From Raja brachyura (Eukaryota): a stretch of 64,000 nt of DNA. How positions within the stretch are numbered: position 1 is the first letter of the stretch; every line of letters begins with the position of its first letter. Below the pieces are notes generated by a model. The model had not been told where the DNA came from and did no database searches. It saw only the letters and a list, made by a program, of their open reading frames with translations. Where the stretch lies: NCBI GenBank assembly GCA_963514005.1, contig OY740811.1, positions 29,202,001-29,266,000 on the forward strand, in the 5' to 3' direction. The position numbers and the translations under genes were made by a program. Below are positions 56,714 through 64,000 of this stretch, piece by piece.

Positions 56714-59289
56714 TATTTAATTATGTTGTGAGCAACGCAACGGCCTGTGAAAGGATGGCTAACCATATTTATTGAATGCTAATTGGCATGTTATTGACCT
56801 CTGACTCCTTCATCACACACGCCTGTTCACCACACAAGTTTATTTCTGTCTGGAAGAAATTAATTTAGAGGGAAATTAATGGAAAATGAAAAGCAGTGAC
56901 TTTGCAGATTTGCTTTGAGATTTTATTGCATGATATCATGGAGAAATGGCTGCAGTACAACTACTCACCAGTTCTCTGATTTCACAGCAGAATTAGCGAC
57001 AGTTATACCGTATAGTAAACAACTTTTGTTAGATACTACTCTACAAAAATATTCTAACTACATGGGTACCAATTATTTTATTAGTTATAACATACTTTTT
57101 GCTTATGTTAATCTTATTGAACAACAGATGGTTAATCCAAATCAAAGACAATACAAGGACATCTTTCAGGCGGCCCGCGTCACCATACCTTCTCCGAGCC
57201 AATCATAAGCCTCCCATTTACAGTAACGTATCTACGCTACTAGCGGTAGGGGGCACGGATGATCTACTGTAACTCCTCACAGAAGGGAAAACAAGCTTTG
57301 TTATCTGCTCTGCTATTTTATGTTTACATTTACCATCCATCCTTCAACACATTCCCAGACGTTTAATCTTACTTTGCCAATTCCCACAACCTCTTATGCA
57401 CCTGGTCAAACAAGACCTGCCAATTAATTGTCTCATCCAAAACACCCGTTCGTTACCTTGTTCAAATCCAATCAAAATTAAATAAGGAAAGATGTTAGTT
57501 TTTCTTCCACACTGTCATGTAGTTGACTAAGCAATTTAATATTGTTTTATTTTGTAAATAGAATAAGCTTATTTAAAGCTGTTCTCATAATGTTAAATTT
57601 CATGAGTATTTATCGAAACTGATATTTTGAAAGGATAAAACATTGTCCAATGTTGGTGAACGAACTGATCAGACTGCTGAATGCACCAATTTGATTTCAG
57701 AAAATTCTGAAATATACTATTCTCTCGAATTGCTTTTGTTGTGATGGTCTGTACAATAATGAAATATTAGGAATGTTGCATGTCCACTTGGTTTTGGAGA
57801 TTGCAACCCAAGCAGCTGATGATTTAATTCCTTTTGTGGCCGTCAACTTTTACAGTAGTAGCCAGTCTATTCACTACTTAAGCTTGGTACCTGCAATGAG
57901 GATGGTTTGTCGTGATCAGTGAAATTACTATTCTATGCATTTTGTTTTCTTGTTCTGTACTTGTTGCTAGGGGTCAGCATTTAAGGTGATTCAATGGAAC
58001 AAAATAAAAACAGGATGCTGTTTTATCTTGAAAAAAAATCAGATGATTGTATCATCAATAGTTCTCCTGCTGGTCAGGAATAGATATTACAAGTTAAGAT
58101 GGTAGGATAAATTCCAGCAACTGCTGCCACCATGTGGCAATGTACAAATGATAACTTGCAGTCTTCATCCATTATCTTGGTATTAATCATTTATTTATAA
58201 TTCCAGCCTTTTCTGTGAATGTGGTTTACGAACTAGTTATTCAGTAAAGAGGCACTGTGTGATCTGGGACAGATGGCTTCTTAGGATACTATAGGAACCA
58301 TGTGTTATAATACTATTGTTAACTGCACTAGTAGACGAGTGCGCAAGAATAAAAATGGCTTCTTACAGAGTGGCATATGTTTAAATAGCTGACGTGATTG
58401 TTTTTACTCTTGTTTAAGTACATTGAATAATGTGGAAATGATCATTGGTAATGAGGATGAACGAAGTCCAACTAGGATTATTGCAGAATAACTGTCTGAT
58501 CCCCTTTGAGTTTCTGGAGCTGTGGAGCAGCATGATCCACGGAACTCAAGCTGAATTCCACTGATTTAGTCTTTTGTGCTTGCAATAATTGTGGCAAAGT
58601 CAAATCACAATACCCAAATTTGTAGCTTCAAACTAATTCACTAAATTAATTCAGTCATGGGTTAAATATGCAGAAGGCGTAGAATATATTTTATTTACTA
58701 CAAATTCACTGGCAGAGGGGAAATATCACATAATTCTGCTCCAATAAATAAGTGGTAAGATGTTTAAATGAAGCTTTTTTTTGTAACTTGCCTGCTCCAG
58801 GAGACAAGACATTTGGAGAGCTGTTTCAATCAGTTGAGCCTTCATTGAGTGGCGTTGGGACAGTGTTAACAAGTTTGTTTTTAATCTACTGGGTCTTCAA
58901 GAAATAGGAAGAACAACTTGAAGAGCAGATGTTTTTATTGTGGGATGCACAACAATTGAGCTGACGAATGCTGACCTGAAAAAGCCTCTGAGTTGTCAAG
59001 GAACGTGTAAGCAGTTCACTGAAAGCAAGTCTGATAAGATAAGTCTGCATTCGTTTGTTCGTTCCGGTGAAGGCACTGTGATGAATAAGGTTTTATCGTA
59101 TCATAAAGGAAATTGACCCTAGTGTTGTAATAGTGGTGAAGTGTGAGCAGGAAACTAAGCCATCTTGGCCAAATAGTAGAAGAAAGCTTGAGGAATCATC
59201 TGCTGCTGTTCATACCACAATAGGAGAAGGTTCAAGCAAATTGGGGTAAAATACCAAATATGAAATTCAGTGTGGAGAATACTAATATG

Positions 59290-61195
59290 CAAATGAGATT
59301 AAGGAGGCAGTGTTGGGGCTCTACAGCAAAATCTACAGCAACTGATGGGATTTATCTCAGATTATTCAGAGGCAAGAGAGGAGACTATGAGCCTGGACAA
59401 AGATCTTTACATCTTCTCCAGCCCCAGGTGAGATCGTGGAGGACTGGCAAGTAGCTAATGTTATTTTATATAAGAAGGGAAGTAGAGGAAATCTAGGGAA
59501 TTATTGGTCGATGAGCCATCCGTCAGTGGAAAGGAAGCTGATGGAGAGGATTCATCGGGATAGGATTTACTCCCACTTGGAAGAGAATGGGTTAATTGGT
59601 GTCAGTCAGCATGACTTTGTATGCAGCAGATCTTGCCTTACTAATTTGATCTAACTTTTTGAGGCGTCAAAGGTGATTAATGATAGTAGGGTGGTGGATG
59701 TTGTGTACATGGATTTTAGTAAGGCATTTGATAAAAAACTTCTCCGGTAGGCTGTTCCAGAAGATTAAAATGCGTGGGGTTAACAGTGACTTGATCATAT
59801 GGATTGGGAACTGGCTTACTATTAGAAGGCAGAGGGTTATGGTGCAAGGACCATACTCAGCCAGAATCAATATCACATGTTGGATAGTTCATATATTTCT
59901 CAGCATCTATACATTTGTTAGTGTTATACTCAGTAGCGTTTGCACCTATCTTTAAACAAACTCCCTTGCCACTCATGTGGTCCCCTGGGGTGAATTTCCC
60001 TCCCTTTTTTTTGGAGGGTGGCCCCAACGGACTCTGGTCCTAAATGTCCTGTAGCTGAATGATCCTAGACTAGTCTTGCCCCACAGACCTTCAAGGAACC
60101 ATGCACTCCTAGATCCCTCTGCTCTACAACAGTACCCAGAGGCTTACCATTTACTGTGTAGGTCCTGCCCTTTGTTCGACGTCCCAAAATGCAACACCCA
60201 ACACTTCTCTGTATTAAATTCCATCAACCATTCCTCTGCCCACCTGGCCAATTAATCCAGATCCTGCTGCAATCTTTCACAACCATCTTCACTATCTGCG
60301 AAACCACTCACTTCAGCAAACTTGCTAATCTTGCCCTGTTCTGTGATGTTTCACAGAGTGCTGGAGTAACTCAGCGGGTCAGGCTGAGTATAGAAGTTGG
60401 GAGGTCATGTTGCATTTGTATAAGAAATTGGTGAGGCCGGATTTAGAGTATTACGCTCAGTTCTGGGCACCATATTATAGGAAAAATGTCATCAAACTGG
60501 AAAGGGTACAGAGAAGATTTATGAGGATGTTGCCAGGACTAGAGGGTGCGAGCTATAGGGAGAGTTTGAGTAGGCTGGGACTCTATTTCATGGACCGTAG
60601 GAGAATGAGGGGTGATCTAGTAGAGGTGTATAAAATCATGATTTGAATATATCAGCTTGAGTCTTTTGCTGAGAGTAGGTGAATCGTGGAGCAGAGGATA
60701 TAGGTTTAAGGTGAAGGGGAAGAGGTTTAATTGGAATCTGAGGGGTATCCTTTTCACACAAAGGGTGGTAGGTGTATGGAATAGAGGAGGTAGTTGAGGC
60801 AGGGACTATCACAACGTTTGAGAAACAGTTAGACATGTACATGGATAGGACAGGTTTGGAGGGATATGGATCAAACATGGGCAGGTGGAACTAGTGTAGA
60901 TGGGACATGCTGGGCCAAAGGACCTTCCGCACTGTATCACTCTATGACTATCTATTTTTCCCTCTCAAACCCATTCTCCTGCCTTCTCCCCATTACCTCT
61001 ATCAATCAAGAATCTATCACTCTCCTCCTGAAAAATGTCCATTGGCTTGGCCTCCACAGCTGTCTGTGGCAATTAATTCCACAGTTCACCACCCCCTGAC
61101 TTAAGAAATTCCTGCTCATCTCCTTCTGAAAGGAACGTCTTTTAATTCTGAGACGTTGGTCCTAGACTCTCCCACTAGTGGAAACATCCTCTCTA
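59290..61195. mobile_element. Cluster of CR1 LINE fragments (+ about 59290-59850 and 60385-60950; - about 60100-60330 and 60950-61195)
   Basis: EDWQVANV, SQHDFV..RSCLTNLI and LYKKLVRPDLEYYAQFWAPYYRKNVIKLERVQRRF peptides. Confidence 0.85.
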
Positions 61196-61196
61196 G

Positions 61197-61717
61197 ATCA
61201 ATCAATCAATCAGATTTATTCATCACATACACAATAAAGTGCAGTGAAATGAATTTGCCAGCAGCAGTACAATAAAAAAAAACACACAATACACAATAAA
61301 AAAATTAACATAAACATCCACCACAGCATTCTTCCCTGTGGTGGAAGGCACAAAGTACAGTCAATCCTCCTCCATTGTTCCCCCGTGGTCGGGGCCATAA
61401 ACCTCCGCAGTCGCTGCTGCAGGCGGCCAGATGTACAGGCCCTCTCGTCTGGAAGGTAAATCCCGAATCGCTGCTTCCCTACCGGAGACCGCGGCTTCAA
61501 GATGATGTAGGCCGCAGGCCGGCGGTGGGAGCTCTTCTCAAGGCTTCCCCGGCGAGGGATCCCGCTCCGGATGGTAAGTCCCCGCCGCGCCCGTGGCTAG
61601 AAGCTCCGCAGACCGCGGCTTCAGGATGTTGTAGGCCGCGGGCCGGCGAATCAGAGCTCTTCTCCGGGGATTCCCAACGAGGAATCCCAGGCTCCGCGAC
61701 TTCAAGATGTTGTAGGC
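61197..61717 (-). mobile_element. GC-rich retroposon-like repeat, unassigned family
   Basis: - strand ends aataaa-tc-(tgat)n; homologous to 50755-51170. Confidence 0.65.
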
Positions 61718-61860
61718 TTGACCCGAAAGATCTTGACCCGAAATATCATCTATACCTTTTCTCCAGAGATACTCCAGCACACTGTGAAACGTCACCTATC
61801 CATGTTCTCCACAGATGCTGCCTGACCCGCTGAGTTACTCCAGCACTTTGTGTCTATTTT
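61718..61860 (+). mobile_element. Partially tandem Penelope terminal-repeat fragments
   Basis: gacccgaaa...ctccagagat / gaaacgtcacctatcc...ctgagttactccagca. Confidence 0.7.
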
Positions 61861-61999
61861 CCCTTCACCCATCTGCACAAGCCCACCCTCCCCCCTCCTT
61901 TCCTATGTTCCTTTCCACCCATAAACCTCTCTCTGCCTTTACATTTCACTCCTCTTTCAAATCTGCTCTACTTATCTACATACATTTTACTTCTTAACT

Positions 62000-62240
62000 T
62001 TTTAGAGTGATGCAGTGTGGAAACAGGCCCTTCAGCCCAACTTGCCCACACCGACCAACATGTCCCATCTACATTAGTCCCACTCACACACTTTGGCCCA
62101 TATCCATCTAAACATGTCCAATCTATGTACGTGTCCAAATGTCTCAAACATTAGGATGGTCCCAGCCTTAACTACCTCCTCTGGCAGCTTGTTCCATACA
62201 TCCACCACCCTTTGTGTGAAAAGCTACCTCTCAGGTTCCT
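62000..62240 (-). mobile_element. CR1 LINE 3' fragment
   Basis: tggaaacaggcccttcagcccaac tail. Confidence 0.75.
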
Positions 62241-62334
62241 GCTCGTGATGTGCACTGTGCGCACATTATTTCACATTAAATTTTTGTAATCCTGGCATGC
62301 CACCCCCCTTTTTGAAAAGCTTCGTATGGGCCTG

Positions 62335-62800
62335 CACAATACACACATAAAATAAACGTTAACATAAACATCCACCACAGTGGAATCAACATTCCTCACT
62401 GTGATGGAAGAAATAAAGTTCAGTCATCTTCCTCTTTGTTCTCCATGGTCGGGGCCTTGAACCCTCCGCCATTGCCGACGGTCCGATGTCCAGGCCCTCT
62501 TCTCGGGATGATCGAAACTCCGGCATCTGGACGGAATGGAACACTCCGCGGCATGGAGCTCCCGAGTCGGCCACTTCTTACCAGAGACCGCAGGCTTCAC
62601 GGTATTAAAGTCCACAGGCCCCGCGGTAGGAGCTCTTCTTTTGGCGATCCTCGACAAAGGACCCTAACTCGGTGATGGTAAGTCCATGCCGCGCCAGCGG
62701 CTTGTAGCTCCGGGCCGGTCTCCAGGAAAGGCCGCAGCAATCCAAGTTGTTAGGCCGCGGGGGGGGGGGGGGGGTAGAGATGCGAAACGGAGAAAATCGC
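62335..62800 (-). mobile_element. GC-rich retroposon-like repeat, unassigned family
   Basis: aacataaacatccaccacag...gtcggggcc...gagaccgc shared with 61197-61717. Confidence 0.6.
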
Positions 62801-62893
62801 ATCTCAGTCTAGGCTGTTGGCGAGGCGGCCATTACAGGCTCCACCTGGTGGCCTTTACCGAAGCAGCATGAAGTGTAGCTGGTGTCGATGTCC

Positions 62894-62955
62894 ATGTTGT
62901 CCAGAGGTGCTGCCTCACCTGCTGTTTTATTTGTTTGCTTATGAAGGTGGGCATG
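62894..62955 (+). other. Candidate first coding exon of the next gene (ALDH4A1-like by synteny), with in-frame TGA
   Basis: MLSRGAASPAVLFVCL*RWA then TG|GTGAGT donor, in CpG-rich unique sequence. Confidence 0.35.
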
Positions 62956-63090
62956 GTGAGTAAGCGGGAGATCCACCGGGCGTTGGCGGACAGCGCCCGG
63001 GTGCTGGGAGGACACTCGCCACTGATGGAGCTCGATGCCCGTCTGCTCTGCATCCGTCCCTATTATTGCCTGCCAGCATAACTACAGAAA

Positions 63091-63784
63091 TTCCGCAACT
63101 CCCTTGTCAATTCTTCCCTTCCCTCCCGCTCCACCCCTTCCCCGGGCACTTTCCCTTGCAACTGCAAAAGATGCTACACTTGTCGCTTTACCTCCCCCCT
63201 CCACTCCATTCAAGGACCCAAGCAGTCGTTCCAGGTTCGACAGAGGTTCACCTGCACCTCCTCCAACCTCATCTATTGCATCCACTGCTCTAGATGTCAA
63301 CTGATCTATATCGGCGAGACCAAGCAGAGGCTTGGCGATCGTTTCGTCGAACACCTCCGCTCGGTCCGCAATAACCAACCCGACCTCCCGGTGGCTCAGC
63401 ACTTCAACTCCCCCTCCCATTCTGTATCCGACCTCTCTGTCCTGGGCCTCCTCCACGGCCAGAGTGAGCAACACCGCAAATTGGAGGAACAGCACCTCAT
63501 ATTCCGCTTGGGGAGTCTGCATCCTCTTGGCATGAACATTGAATTCTCTCAATTCTGTTAACCCTTGCTGTCTCCTCCTCGTCCTACCTCTCCCTCAGCT
63601 CTCGGGCTCCTCCTTTTTCCTTTCTTCCCCCTGCCACCCCCCACTCCCCATCAGTCTGAAGTAGGGTATCGGCCTGAAACGTTGCCTCTCCCCTTCGCTC
63701 CATAGATGCTGCTGCACCCGCTGAGTTTCTCCAGCATTTTGTGTACACTCGATTTTCCAGCATCTACAGTTCCTTCTTTAACAC
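63091..63784 (+). mobile_element. 5'-truncated Penelope-like element (Neptune type): Cys linker, GIY-YIG endonuclease, 3' terminal repeat
   Basis: Open frame 63082-63561 PGTFPCNCKRCYTC...NLIYCIHCSRCQLIYIGETKQRLGDRFVEHLRS...VAQHF...RKLEEQHLIFRLGSLHPLGMN. Confidence 0.92.
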
Positions 63785-63824
63785 TACGGCATCCTGATTG
63801 GCCCACCCCCGTACTTGCCCATCA

Positions 63825-64000
63825 TGGTCAGACAGCATGAAACGGGCCCTTTGGCCCAACTTGCACACACTGACCTAACATGCCCCATCTACACTAGTCC
63901 CACAAGCCTGCGTTTGGTCCATAACCCTCCAACCCTGTTCTACCTACAGTATGTACCGAAGATAGACACAAAATGCTGGAGTAACTCAGGCAGCATCTCT
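63825..64000 (-). mobile_element. CR1 tail followed by another Penelope terminal repeat running off the window
   Basis: tgaaacgggccctttggccc...; gaagatagacacaaaatgctggagtaactcag. Confidence 0.7.

Noticed and set aside
57165-57272. Small CpG-rich patch with ttacagta/tactgtaa inverted ends and a hairpin
   Set aside because: Single copy and too short to assign; could be a DNA-transposon remnant.
63082-63552. 156-aa - strand ORF
   Set aside because: Antisense shadow of the Penelope GIY-YIG frame on the + strand.

Overview
Vertebrate nuclear DNA from a cartilaginous fish (HE1-type V-SINEs and CR1/HER1 LINEs point to an elasmobranch, probably a skate or ray). The + strand carries the last 9 coding exons of UBR4 (1292-7757) and a complete 9-exon IFFO2 gene (22741-52591, 564 aa) with a CpG-island promoter. 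A possible first exon of ALDH4A1 lies near 62.9 kb, which would match the human UBR4-IFFO2-ALDH4A1 order. Introns and intergenic DNA are rich in retroelements. Highlights: (1) a 136-bp TSD-flanked retroposon at 35849-35984 (-) whose first 54 nt fold into a complete minimal HDV-like ribozyme starting exactly at the insertion boundary; (2) about 20 short, often fold-back, TSD-flanked copies of a Penelope terminal repeat carrying a minimal hammerhead-like motif, plus a 5'-truncated parent element with an open GIY-YIG frame; (3) two copies of an internally deleted HERO-like element sharing one junction; (4) a GYTPGTGS tandem repeat inside IFFO2 exon 1; (5) traces of an unidentified, decayed multi-exon gene on the - strand between UBR4 and IFFO2. 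Identifications come from reading the sequence and from recalled family sequences; no searches were run, and repeat boundaries are approximate.
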